Shown here in pieces: positions 6,046 to 14,893 of a stretch of 20,000 nucleotides of DNA (position 1 is the first letter of the stretch; each line of letters begins with the position of its first letter). The stretch comes from an uncultured virus (IMG/VR IMGVR_UViG_2671181191_000004) (lineage: Duplodnaviria; Heunggongvirae; Uroviricota; Caudoviricetes). A model generated the notes under the pieces. The model had not been told where the DNA came from. It searched no databases and worked only from the letters and a program-made list of their open reading frames with translations. The stretch lies in the IMG/VR virus record IMGVR_UViG_2671181191_000004; one strand, written 5' to 3'. The position numbers and the translations under genes were made by a program.

Positions 6046-6203
6046 TAATAAGTCACCTTTAATACAATTGATTATGTTAGCTCGTATTTTTGTCATGGTT
6101 GTAGCCGGTGTTATTATTGTATACGTAGTGCGCTGGATAGATAGTATGTTCTCTAATTGGAAAAGGTAACTTTCAAATATCGGGTATTGATAATAAGTCA
6201 CCT
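6046..6203. repeat. 13-bp direct repeat TAATAAGTCACCT flanking the peptide ORF
   Basis: Copies at 6046-6058 and 6191-6203. Confidence 0.8.
6074..6169 (+). CDS. 31-aa hydrophobic peptide, type I toxin-like (Fst/Ldr-like)
   Basis: MLARIFVMVVAGVIIVYVVRWIDSMFSNWKR*. A TATCTTTG box lies at 6029-6036 and the ORF is flanked by a 13-bp direct repeat. Confidence 0.6.
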   Translation: MLARIFVMVVAGVIIVYVVRWIDSMFSNWKR

Positions 6204-6216
6204 CTTTTCTGATTAG

Positions 6217-6507
6217 TTATGATTGTTGTTCATCGTTCAGTATGTTATCAATCAAATTGTCTATTTCTTGATTGGATAGAAATTGTTTACCTACATCCTT
6301 TTGCTTCTGAAGTTCAACTTTAAGCCTACTTTCTATCCTTCCCAATGCAGAACAAGTGTTCTTATCAGGATAATACCAGTCTATCGAACTACATACAATT
6401 AGCTTTATGTGGTCTAATTCCAGACTATCAGGGCAATGTTCATTGAGATAATCTAAGTCTTCTTTGATTAACTTCTCGTATGCCTCCTTACTCATCTTTA
6501 TGCTCAT
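6217..6507 (-). CDS. Hypothetical protein (96 aa, MSIKMSK...)
   Basis: ORF track, with likely start ATG at 6507. Confidence 0.7.
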   Translation of the reverse strand: MSIKMSKEAYEKLIKEDLDYLNEHCPDSLELDHIKLIVCSSIDWYYPDKNTCSALGRIESRLKVELQKQKDVGKQFLSNQEIDNLIDNILNDEQQS

Positions 6508-6551
6508 ATTTTTATACTTTTGAGAAAGAAAATAACTCAGTTCCATTTAAG

Positions 6552-6851
6552 TTACGAATTAAGTTTTTCAATAAATTGTTTCACAGTAGGGCAATCCCTA
6601 CCTATGCATACATCTGCGCAATCGCAGCACCAATCTGATTTGTACTCACAGTTTTCTATATAAGATTCAATAGCTTTCTGTTTCATCTCTTCCCCAGCAA
6701 GATAGAAAGCCTTTTCAAAGGTTTCCAATACAGCCTTTCTTACAACAGAGGTAGCTACACATACACTTTTTTGATGAGCTATTTCGGCTCTTACCTTATA
6801 ATCGCTATTGCTCCAATGCTCAGAAGCATATTTAGATACATTTTTATTCAT
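6552..6851 (-). CDS. Hypothetical protein with a Cys-rich C-terminus (99 aa)
   Basis: Likely start is ATG at 6851 (MNKNVSKY); MKQKAIE...C...CC.C...C...C motif. Confidence 0.75.
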   Translation of the reverse strand: MNKNVSKYASEHWSNSDYKVRAEIAHQKSVCVATSVVRKAVLETFEKAFYLAGEEMKQKAIESYIENCEYKSDWCCDCADVCIGRDCPTVKQFIEKLNS

Positions 6852-6870
6852 TCCTACATCGATTTTGAAT

Positions 6871-7380
6871 TTACTTGTACCAGCGTCCACCGCAATATTT
6901 ACATACGAAATAATTCCCCATACTCATCACCTGAACTTTTTCATCAACGCATATACGACACATACAAATCTTGTGGTCGCCATCGGATTGCGGCTGTTGG
7001 ATTCTATCATATTCCCAAAATGAGAGTTTCCCTTTAGCTGGTATTGGTTCAGGGAAAAGAATAGGATTAGCCAATACCCAATTGTATGCACCTTTATCTG
7101 CCCAAACAGATGCATAGTTCTGTACACAGTCTACAATCTCCACGCTACCGATGATGGAGCCAAAAGGAAGATCGTTGAAACCTATACGACTCATAGGTGT
7201 ATTAAGCACCTTTAGTCTTTGGTTTGGCTGTAAACATCCAAATTTGGAAATATCCCCCTTTACACTTGAATGTATCAGTACACGTCCACGGAAATTTGTT
7301 TGCCAACTCCGGTTCTCAATGTCCTTGATACCGTGGACTATCAAGGATGCCCACGGTTGCTTTATTGTTATTGCTTTCAT
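6871..7380 (-). CDS. ASCH domain protein with a C-terminal Cys-rich extension
   Basis: KAITIKQPWASLIVHGIKDIENRSW...RGRVLIH...GSIIGSVEIVDC...KGKLSFW is a typical ASCH signature. Confidence 0.9.
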   Translation of the reverse strand: MKAITIKQPWASLIVHGIKDIENRSWQTNFRGRVLIHSSVKGDISKFGCLQPNQRLKVLNTPMSRIGFNDLPFGSIIGSVEIVDCVQNYASVWADKGAYNWVLANPILFPEPIPAKGKLSFWEYDRIQQPQSDGDHKICMCRICVDEKVQVMSMGNYFVCKYCGGRWYK

Positions 7381-7389
7381 TTCTATTCT

Positions 7390-7584
7390 TTATGAAGTTA
7401 AATCGTTCAATTCATATTCATACCTTCGGAAGAACCTTCCATCTTTAGTCATAACAACATAAGTTATAAACGATACGTCCGACTTGTTTAAAGTCTCTAC
7501 AACAATTACTTCTGCCTCTAACAGGTCTCCATTCTTAGTGAACTTGACCTTGTCACCAATATTAAATTTAGTCTCTATTTTCAT
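7390..7584 (-). CDS. Small SH3-like phage protein (MKIETKFNIGDKV)
   Basis: ORF track; the KFxIGDxV start is common in small phage beta-barrel proteins. Confidence 0.75.
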   Translation of the reverse strand: MKIETKFNIGDKVKFTKNGDLLEAEVIVVETLNKSDVSFITYVVMTKDGRFFRRYEYELNDLTS

Positions 7585-7589
7585 GGCGT

Positions 7590-7695
7590 TTAATCTCCCA
7601 TTTCCTCAATTATTTCATCGAAAGAGGGGATAGGCATCCATTCCATAGTGTTTTTCTACAGCTTCTATAGCCGCTTGTTCTAATGTCTGTTTCAT
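7590..7695 (-). pseudogene. Internally deleted remnant of a DUF551-like gene
   Basis: The N-terminus MKQTLEQAAIEAVEKHY is joined out of frame to a C-terminus EWMPIPSFDEIIEEMGD*. Confidence 0.55.
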
Positions 7696-7704
7696 ATCAA
7701 TCTC

Positions 7705-7941
7705 TTATTCGTTTATATTAGGAATCTGACCAAATTTCATATAGTAGTCTATATTTTCATGCGGAGAGCTTTCTTTTCCGTTTATTATATCAACTACATG
7801 ATTCCATGAACGCATTACATTCCGATCCAAACATGATTCTCTTTTTGAAGAATCAAGCGCATTTGCTACCATCCGAAGCGTATTAGCTATTTCTTTAAGC
7901 TCCCAAAGAGGAACATTAATGGTTTTCGTTGATTCGCTCAT
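7705..7941 (-). CDS. Hypothetical protein (78 aa)
   Basis: ORF track; operon packing. Confidence 0.75.
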   Translation of the reverse strand: MSESTKTINVPLWELKEIANTLRMVANALDSSKRESCLDRNVMRSWNHVVDIINGKESSPHENIDYYMKFGQIPNINE

Positions 7942-7955
7942 ATCCGGTTTGGTTA

Positions 7956-8231
7956 TTATTTAAATGTAAACCTCTTAACAACTTCTTCATCCACATCAGG
8001 AAGCGCTCTGTATTGGCATTCAGTTGCAAGTATTATTCTTCCGTCGCAAAGACGAATAATAGTTCGGAATGGCAATTCTCTATCATCCCGAATTATTACG
8101 CCAGGAATTGTATTTTCCGCTTTGTAGAAAAAGCAAACTTCCACTTTACGGCCAATACCTCCCATTTGACTTTCCTCTACTGAATATTGTTTAGGAAAAC
8201 TATTTACATCTATCTTTTTCTCAATTCCCAT
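7956..8231 (-). CDS. Hypothetical protein (91 aa)
   Basis: ORF track; operon packing. Confidence 0.75.
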   Translation of the reverse strand: MGIEKKIDVNSFPKQYSVEESQMGGIGRKVEVCFFYKAENTIPGVIIRDDRELPFRTIIRLCDGRIILATECQYRALPDVDEEVVKRFTFK

Positions 8232-8252
8232 AATACTTTCATATTTATCAAG

Positions 8253-8621
8253 TTACACGTTAATAGACATTCTTTTAATATGCGCAAAACAATCATCCAT
8301 AGCCTTGTCAAAAACTTCTTGACTTATGATATTTTTCTCAATCCGTTCCACGTATTCACCTGCGTAAGATGCAAGTTGGATGCTTGAATCACTATTACTT
8401 ACATCTTCTCTATTGTCAAAATATACATGTATACAATCAAATACCACTTCATCACCGATTTCATCAGTATTTACCCTAACTATCGCTGTGATTTTTTCAT
8501 AAGAAGTATGCGCCAGGTGAATACACTTTCCAACGAGATATTGATATTTTGCCTTTTTTTTATCGGCTTCCTGTTTCTTTAGCTTCTGTATTTCAGCTTC
8601 TAATTTCTGTATTCTGTTCAT
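8253..8621 (-). CDS. Hypothetical protein with an N-terminal coiled coil (122 aa)
   Basis: ORF track; 2-nt gap to the upstream gene. Confidence 0.78.
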   Translation of the reverse strand: MNRIQKLEAEIQKLKKQEADKKKAKYQYLVGKCIHLAHTSYEKITAIVRVNTDEIGDEVVFDCIHVYFDNREDVSNSDSSIQLASYAGEYVERIEKNIISQEVFDKAMDDCFAHIKRMSINV

Positions 8622-8623
8622 AT

Positions 8624-9202
8624 CTACTTAGTTTTTAATGTTTCACGAATAAACTCTCTCATTTCTCGAATTGTCAGTTTTTTCCAGAATGGGAAAGTTT
8701 TTGATCCTATTATATCATTGCTGTGTATCTTTCTAAGCTCAAGAGTTACTTTTTCGGATTCAAAAATTGGGCGCATTGGTCTGAGGACATAGGTATTTTC
8801 CCATTTATTAGCCTTGTTCCATTTGTCCCAAAAAGAAAATTGTTCATCATTGTATTTCCATGATGGAAATTTGTCTGACAGTTCTAAAGGTATGTTATAG
8901 TATCCTACATTTTCCCACCATGCCAAGCTTCCATCTTCTGTGCTTTTTAGAAGACACTTAGTGTATTTACCAGCTTCCTCTTTAACATCGACAACCCACG
9001 ATAAATACCATTTAGTAGTTGGCGCTGCCATAAGTCGTACAAGGCTTCCAATCGGAGGTGCACCCCCTATCTTTACAGATTCAAAACCACTACCTTCACT
9101 AAAAGGAGGAAAGTATTTGCCATCATACAGGGTATTGGTGCAGAAGGTTATTACATAATTCAGTATCTCCAGTCTTGCCCGGCTGAACGTTTCATGCTTC
9201 AT
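8624..9202 (-). CDS. Hypothetical Trp-rich protein (192 aa)
   Basis: ORF track; operon packing. Confidence 0.8.
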   Translation of the reverse strand: MKHETFSRARLEILNYVITFCTNTLYDGKYFPPFSEGSGFESVKIGGAPPIGSLVRLMAAPTTKWYLSWVVDVKEEAGKYTKCLLKSTEDGSLAWWENVGYYNIPLELSDKFPSWKYNDEQFSFWDKWNKANKWENTYVLRPMRPIFESEKVTLELRKIHSNDIIGSKTFPFWKKLTIREMREFIRETLKTK

Positions 9203-9219
9203 ATTTAAATTGATTTAAA

Positions 9220-9408
9220 TTATTCAATTTCACAGATATAACCATTCTCACGCATATAATCTGAAATATCGTCTTTGGATATGGAATCCAGTAATTTAGT
9301 AGAATCTCTTTCATCGACTTCTGCTGTTACTCTGACATATCCATTTCCAGCCATACTTGTCTCTATCTGAACGCTTGTCGCATCCACATCTATTGATATT
9401 GTTTTCAT
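9220..9408 (-). CDS. Hypothetical acidic protein (62 aa)
   Basis: ORF track; operon packing. Confidence 0.7.
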   Translation of the reverse strand: MKTISIDVDATSVQIETSMAGNGYVRVTAEVDERDSTKLLDSISKDDISDYMRENGYICEIE

Positions 9409-9428
9409 ATTGTACTTTTTAGAACTAT

Positions 9429-10064
9429 TTATTTCTTCGGATAACGATTAATTTCAGCTTGAATATAATTAGCTGGTACATGATACCTTTCTACTACGGT
9501 TCGGCGTTCTTCAATTTCCCGAAAGTTACGTCCTCTAATGATGATGTCCATTTCTTCGCTCCGCTCACGGAGAAACTTCCTAAATGCTTCACCGACAGTT
9601 ATCGTATCGAAATACCCGTAAAACTTACCGTATTTTCCAAGTTTGAAGCGGGCGATAAATAAAAGAAACTCTGTCAACTTAATATAGTGATACTGAGCAA
9701 CAAACAATCGGGAAAATTCACTCAGAGCGTCTATATCAGCACTCTCTTTCGTAGAAGAAGCGAAATCAATAGTCAATAGTTGAGTCTTCACCCACAATGA
9801 GGAAGAATCGCAGCCATACATTCGCTCAAGATCAGACATTGTAGGAGATTTCTCACTGTAAGCCTTTTCCATATCCGAAAGAATAATCGTTTGAAGCGAA
9901 GTGGAATAGGCAGAGGAAAAAGCCTTAAAGGTCGGGTATCTCTGTTTGATGGTCGATAGCAGAACTTCCCTGTTCGATGGCTGCATACTCGTCAAGGAGC
10001 ATTCTTGCCTTTGCTGCCTTATCAGCATTCCGATTGTTTTGTCCTTGGATTCCTGTTTTTCCAT
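9429..10064 (-). CDS. DUF6633-like replication-associated protein (helicase-loader position)
   Basis: EFLLFIARFKLGKYGKFYG..D motif; directly follows and overlaps the initiator. The start is uncertain. Confidence 0.65.
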   Translation of the reverse strand: MEKQESKDKTIGMLIRQQRQECSLTSMQPSNREVLLSTIKQRYPTFKAFSSAYSTSLQTIILSDMEKAYSEKSPTMSDLERMYGCDSSSLWVKTQLLTIDFASSTKESADIDALSEFSRLFVAQYHYIKLTEFLLFIARFKLGKYGKFYGYFDTITVGEAFRKFLRERSEEMDIIIRGRNFREIEERRTVVERYHVPANYIQAEINRYPKK

Positions 10065-10901
10065 ACTTGATGTTTAACCATTCTTGATAATCACGTTCAG
10101 TTCCCGTAAATACTACACCAGTCCAACCGGATTCGATTGCCCTCTCAATTTGCCTAATGGCAAACTCTTCTTCAAAATTAGAAAGTTTATTAAGCGAAAG
10201 CTGCAACGCATAGTTGAGCTTATTTTTCCACTTCGGAGTATTTCGTAAAGTTTCCCAAGCAGACATGAAAGCTATCGAAGAAAAAGGATAAACTAAAGGC
10301 TTTTTATCTCCATCTTTTTTCCGGGACTTCTTTGGCTTTTCGGGTGGGGGGCTCTCGTGCGTACGCGCGAGACTCTCTTCGTTTATAGTTTTAATATCTA
10401 TAATAGGTGGAATTTGCATTTCATCAGTACCATTTACCGATGATATTACCGGAGTAGTACTTTTATCATCGGTATTTTCATCAGTACGTAGTACCGAAGA
10501 AATTACCATGTCATTTACTGATGATTGAGCTTTCTCTATCTGGACATCTTCGGTATTTTCTTCGGTATTTTCATCAGTACCATTTACCGATGATATTGCT
10601 GATGTTTTCATATCGTTACTCAGAACTGATAGAAAAGAGTAGTAACACCCTACCCTTTTATCCCGGCATGATTCGAAAGATATTAGCCCTGTGTCAGCAA
10701 GCGCTTTGCGTGATTTTCGCAATGTTTTATCCCATATATTCAATGATGTACATAAAACAGAGCTACGAGCCTCAAATACTTCCTTCCACCCCTTTTCATT
10801 GCAAATAGATATTAACTCATAGTAAAGGGCCTGATCTATTGCCGTGAGGTATGTATCAGCCGAACCTTACGAAGTTTGGATATTAGTTGATAGCTATTCA
10901 T
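9925..10901 (-). pseudogene. Phage replication initiator with a 1-bp frameshift at 10860-10861 (possibly a sequencing error)
   Basis: ATG at 10901 overlaps the HNH stop (ATGA). MNSYQLISKLRKVR joins ADTYLTAIDQALYYELISICNEKGW... if one G is restored. It has a wHTH-like N-terminus, internal repeats and an IERAIESGWTG C-terminal motif. Confidence 0.75.
10419..10597. repeat. Iteron-like direct repeats (putative origin) inside the initiator gene
   Basis: The 29-bp TTTCATCAGTACCATTTACCGATGATATT occurs at 10419-10447 and 10569-10597. TCGGTATTTTCATCAGTAC occurs at 10469-10487 and 10562-10580. Confidence 0.75.
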
Positions 10902-11191
10902 AAACGGAAATATCTATTTGCTGCACATTCATCAAAAGACTTCACACGCTCTATAAGCCGCTTTTGCTTTTGTCTGAAGGCTAAATTATTGTCATACTTA
11001 TTGTGGCATTCCCGGCACAATCCAACAATATTGAGAGGATTAGTGTAGTGCTCAGGGTATTCCGATTTTGGCACTAAATGGGCAGCGTCAGACATCAACC
11101 TGCCACAAATTGCACAATATGGAGATAGGGTTTTCTTTATTTCAGCAACCTGCCTATTCCGCTGTGCCTGCTTTCTGCTTATCTGCTTCAT
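10898..11191 (-). CDS. HNH endonuclease-like protein (NinG-like)
   Basis: CAICG...AHLVPKS...NIVGLCRECHNKYD. Confidence 0.8.
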   Translation of the reverse strand: MKQISRKQAQRNRQVAEIKKTLSPYCAICGRLMSDAAHLVPKSEYPEHYTNPLNIVGLCRECHNKYDNNLAFRQKQKRLIERVKSFDECAANRYFRL

Positions 11192-11247
11192 AAAAATAGA
11201 TTTTAAAGAAAGTTCCCGGATACCAAACCAATGGACACCGGGATAAT

Positions 11248-11511
11248 TTATCTACCATGTTTCATTCTATGGCAATCTTCACACAGCGTTTCAAGACAAT
11301 ACAAGAATTCTAATTCGTGACCAACAATAGAATATCCTGCAATGTCATAGACTTTGTGATGAACCTCCAAATTGTATGTCTTACCACACACCTGACATTT
11401 ATGCCCATCACGAATTCTAACCTTACGCTTTACCTCTTCCCAATACGGATTATTCCTCAGGCTCTGCCGGTATTTCGTCGGCCTCCCCTTCTTGTGCTTC
11501 AGTCTGTTCAT
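11248..11511 (-). CDS. HNH endonuclease
   Basis: RDGHKCQVCG...LEVHH...LETLCEDCH; likely start is ATG at 11511 (MNRLKHKK). Confidence 0.85.
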   Translation of the reverse strand: MNRLKHKKGRPTKYRQSLRNNPYWEEVKRKVRIRDGHKCQVCGKTYNLEVHHKVYDIAGYSIVGHELEFLYCLETLCEDCHRMKHGR

Positions 11512-12274
11512 CTTCTTTCCTCCATGGGCTTTCTTCAATTGCTACTCTATGCCATTCATGGCGTTGTACAGGAACTACCTCTCCGCTATCTTCATCTAAA
11601 AAGTCCTCGATCCAATGTTCTAACCAAACATCCTGACCGTCTTCTTCCCAGACTTCAACAACATTCTCATCCTTGCCAAATTTGCGAAGGTTCTTTCTCG
11701 TATCCTTCACATCTATATCAGGTAAATCATAACCAAGTGCTTTAAAGGCTTCCTGATTCATTTCTCCCGAATTAAACAAGTCGTTGTATTCATGCTTTGG
11801 TATTTCTTGGACCAATGCCAGCCGAAATGCATCATTTACCCATGAATAATACAGGTAATGCCCCATCACAGGAATACGAAAGGTATCAATCATCTTTAAA
11901 GGATAATCCTTAATACCTTTCTTTGCCAAGTTCACAAGGTCTTTGAACTGGGTATGTAAGGCAGAAATCTTTGCCTCAAAGTCTTTCTTCTCTGTATTAA
12001 ACTTGGCTTTCAAAGATTCGAACTGTGCTTCAAGTTCCGGAATCTGTTCCTCGGCAATCTCACCATAATTCGCACGGATAGTTGAGATTTCATAATCGTC
12101 CATCACCCGGTTAGCGATTACGTCTTTCTCTTGAATGGTAACGAAACTCTCAGCAAGCTTCTTCTTTACATCATCCATAGAGACACAATCAGAAAAAATC
12201 ACTTCGGGAAATTTCACGGTGGCAGGGAGCTTAAATTTAAGTTCCTCCGGTACATAGTCTTTTAAATCAATCAT
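11450..12274 (-). CDS. Hypothetical acidic protein with a coiled coil (274 aa)
   Basis: Long ORF in the recombination/replication cluster. Confidence 0.85.
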   Translation of the reverse strand: MIDLKDYVPEELKFKLPATVKFPEVIFSDCVSMDDVKKKLAESFVTIQEKDVIANRVMDDYEISTIRANYGEIAEEQIPELEAQFESLKAKFNTEKKDFEAKISALHTQFKDLVNLAKKGIKDYPLKMIDTFRIPVMGHYLYYSWVNDAFRLALVQEIPKHEYNDLFNSGEMNQEAFKALGYDLPDIDVKDTRKNLRKFGKDENVVEVWEEDGQDVWLEHWIEDFLDEDSGEVVPVQRHEWHRVAIEESPWRKEDEQTEAQEGEADEIPAEPEE

Positions 12275-12297
12275 TGTTCTTTGTTTTTTATTAATTT

Positions 12298-12660
12298 TCA
12301 GAAGGGTAAATCATCATCTTGTGTGGTAGTAGTTGGTGCGTTGACAGTATCCAAATTGTTTTCCCTAAAAGGTTTCATGTTCCCAATGAATGGTTTAGCA
12401 TCCAACACTTCCTTGGTTTCACGTTCTCGATAATCCTTAGAGAAGCTTTGTCGTATTGTATGCGTTTGTCCATACCGACTGACTTCTTTACGCTCATAAA
12501 CATTAATTCCCAGATAAACCCCTTCAGCTTTCAAGTCTGTCCCTACCTTTACATATAAATCGTTCTCTTGAATAGGGATTACAACACATTTTATTCCGCG
12601 AATAGTGGCTATACCAGCCATATCCATCTTTAGTAAATTGATGTTTCCTGTTAGATTCAT
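12298..12660 (-). CDS. Putative single-stranded DNA-binding protein
   Basis: C-terminal DDDLPF tail typical of SSBs and a beta-rich body; likely start is ATG at 12660. Confidence 0.6.
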   Translation of the reverse strand: MNLTGNINLLKMDMAGIATIRGIKCVVIPIQENDLYVKVGTDLKAEGVYLGINVYERKEVSRYGQTHTIRQSFSKDYRERETKEVLDAKPFIGNMKPFRENNLDTVNAPTTTTQDDDLPF

Positions 12661-12661
12661 A

Positions 12662-13807
12662 TTATTCAAAATCATCTATAGCCACCGGATGAAGAAGTTT
12701 CTTACTCCAATCAGGAAGCTGCATGTCAATTATACCACGAGCACCATCTTCCGCTTTAGCATCATAGCCGGGAAACCACTTCTTATCGAAGCAGTCTTTG
12801 ACAATGGAAAGTGCATAGTGATATTTGTATTTCCCATTCGCCAGATCATCAGGCGACCAAAAAAGGACGGCCACATCATAAGGCTCGACTGTCTGCAACA
12901 TAATCATTATGGTTACATTGAAGTTTCGCCCTGTAATGCCACTCATTACTTCTTGGTACATACCTTCTGACAACTCATATTTGAGTTTGGCGCAATCATA
13001 ATAGAACTTGCCGAGGTCATCGGCTCGTGTGGTCTTGAAAGAAATAACGGCATTTACACCGATGTTTTCTTCTACATTGAAATAATCAGGTCTTACCCTA
13101 ACATCAAGTCCGGTTTCCTCGTCTCTTCCATAGAAAGATACTTCTGAATAAGCGCCTTTGAGAATCTGAGGGATAATACCACCACCGTACCAATAATAGT
13201 TTCTTTTCAAGGCAGTGATAATCATATTCATTTCTTCACTGATGAAAGAATAGCCTAGATCAATAAGCTTTTGTTTCAAATCGTCCCGGTACTCTTTAAG
13301 TGCATTGAAATTCCACTTTTCAGAAGGTGATTCACTCTCAGCATTCTTTGCATAATCTTTCTCGTTTTCAAGAAGTCCTTCATAGAAATCGATCATCTGA
13401 AGCACACCGTCCTTTGATGCTTGATTACACACCGGCTCCACCTTTACAAGTTCAAACAAACGAGGTTCCAGAAAAGCCATGTGGGCAAATGTGCCTAATT
13501 GAAAACAAGGTTTTTGCTTTTCTTCAAAAACTCGCTCCCAGTCATAGTAGAACGAGCGAGGGGTTTTGAGAGCATTTTTCAAATTAGAGGAAGAAATGTG
13601 CTTACTTTCAAGATAAGTTTCCATTGAATCACGTTTGACTGTCCCATTTACACTCAAGGATTTCAAATCTATGTTTATAGGCTTCTTATGACTATTTAAG
13701 GCTATAAAATCCAAAACTGTTTCTTTTGTTGGGTAGTCATCCGGATTATAGGCAGAAGGGTTAAGTTCTTCCCCTTCTGCACAATCGTTCAAATCAAAAT
13801 CTATCAT
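12662..13807 (-). CDS. RecE/exonuclease VIII-like PD-(D/E)XK protein (DUF3799-like)
   Basis: ISSSNLK...GTFAHMAFLEP...SEVSF...DEETG..VRVRPDY...FKTT...Y.....MY. Confidence 0.8.
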   Translation of the reverse strand: MIDFDLNDCAEGEELNPSAYNPDDYPTKETVLDFIALNSHKKPINIDLKSLSVNGTVKRDSMETYLESKHISSSNLKNALKTPRSFYYDWERVFEEKQKPCFQLGTFAHMAFLEPRLFELVKVEPVCNQASKDGVLQMIDFYEGLLENEKDYAKNAESESPSEKWNFNALKEYRDDLKQKLIDLGYSFISEEMNMIITALKRNYYWYGGGIIPQILKGAYSEVSFYGRDEETGLDVRVRPDYFNVEENIGVNAVISFKTTRADDLGKFYYDCAKLKYELSEGMYQEVMSGITGRNFNVTIMIMLQTVEPYDVAVLFWSPDDLANGKYKYHYALSIVKDCFDKKWFPGYDAKAEDGARGIIDMQLPDWSKKLLHPVAIDDFE

Positions 13808-14265
13808 TCAACTGCTGATAAGTTTATACGTAGAGGTTTTACAGACCAATTATCGGATTGGAAATTATTGGTCTTATTCTTTCTCTTTCCCATGTAAGTG
13901 ATTTTAAGAGGAACGCCACTTTTGAGCGAGCCATTCTCAATATATTGTTCTAGAATACCAACTAATCTACGAGACCCATTAGTCACAGTCTGTACTATGC
14001 CATCCTCTGATCTCTCAAGGAAAGTAGCACAATCCAAATCAATCAGTTCACCAGTTCCAGTAGCACTTAAGACCTTTTGAGGCTTAATTTCTACGAAAAA
14101 CATTTTCTTAAACTCACCGGCATGTTCCGGCGTCCAGTAGTTGCCGCAAAGATCAACAGGTAATTCCTGAGCATCCTCTAAAGAGGGAAGATCACTTGTA
14201 CTTAAATCTGCTGCCTGAATCTCAAATGAAGACTCTTGCTCTTTCAATGCTAATTCTTTACTCAT
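13804..14265 (-). CDS. Hypothetical protein coupled to the RecE-like gene (possible OB fold)
   Basis: ORF track; 4-nt overlap with the downstream gene. Confidence 0.8.
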   Translation of the reverse strand: MSKELALKEQESSFEIQAADLSTSDLPSLEDAQELPVDLCGNYWTPEHAGEFKKMFFVEIKPQKVLSATGTGELIDLDCATFLERSEDGIVQTVTNGSRRLVGILEQYIENGSLKSGVPLKITYMGKRKNKTNNFQSDNWSVKPLRINLSAVE

Positions 14266-14288
14266 AATCGTAAAATTTAAAAAGTTAA

Positions 14289-14516
14289 TTATATTCTTTG
14301 TTCTTTAGAATCAATAGCATAGAGAAACACATCGCAGGCATTCACATCATAAGGAGACATCTTAGTTGGTCCCGTTTTTGTCGCCCGAATTTTATTTTCT
14401 CTAATTAATTTTTCAAGCCTATACCGGCCACCTACAAATCCCGCTGCTTGCGACTTATTCAGAGGTATCCTATTTCCGATTCGATAAAGGGTACTTAATT
14501 TAGTTTCTGCATTCAT
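14289..14516 (-). CDS. Small excisionase-like HTH protein
   Basis: LNKSQAAGFVGGRYRLEKLIRENKIRA resembles an Xis/MerR-type HTH. Confidence 0.6.
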   Translation of the reverse strand: MNAETKLSTLYRIGNRIPLNKSQAAGFVGGRYRLEKLIRENKIRATKTGPTKMSPYDVNACDVFLYAIDSKEQRI

Positions 14517-14875
14517 TCTGACCTCCTTGCTCTTTCAAATGTTTCAATTTTCGTCCTTCGTGCCCTTCTCATATCGCTCTGTTCGTGATAAAGCGACAAA
14601 GAAAAGACACATAATAAACCACAGGCAACGGATGTACGAATGATAGGTGAAAAATCCATTGTGAACTTCACACCGGCTATCCGTTCATAAAGCATGGTTG
14701 CCAATTCCCGACCATTCCTCACCTGCAAAACATCAAAAGCCCTCTGCAATTGGTTGTTTATTGTACTAACTGCTCGACATTTGAGATTTGCAATTTCTTT
14801 CTTTTCATACCCTTGTGCGTACATTCGTGCTGTAATCTCGCATTCAGGTGTGAGCTCTGTAAATACTCTATCCAT
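14513..14875 (-). CDS. LuxR-type HTH protein with a hydrophobic C-terminal segment
   Basis: LTPEC...ARMYAQGYEKKEIANLKCRAVSTINNQLQRAFDVLQVRNGRELA. Confidence 0.8.
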   Translation of the reverse strand: MDRVFTELTPECEITARMYAQGYEKKEIANLKCRAVSTINNQLQRAFDVLQVRNGRELATMLYERIAGVKFTMDFSPIIRTSVACGLLCVFSLSLYHEQSDMRRARRTKIETFERARRSE

Positions 14876-14893
14876 AATCGTGTGAGTTGATAA

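Noticed and set aside
10855..10865. Programmed ribosomal frameshift in the initiator
   Set aside because: There is no slippery heptamer, and the same one-base loss pattern appears at two other genes, pointing to error or decay.
11204..11243. TCCCGG/CCGGGA inverted repeat between the HNH genes
   Set aside because: It is only a 6-bp stem with a long loop, too weak to call.
5292..14885. Plus-strand ORFs within the leftward operon (e.g. 5292-5513, 6771-7037, 7151-7462, 11317-11745, 12605-12970, 14694-14885)
   Set aside because: They are antisense shadows of tightly packed minus-strand genes.
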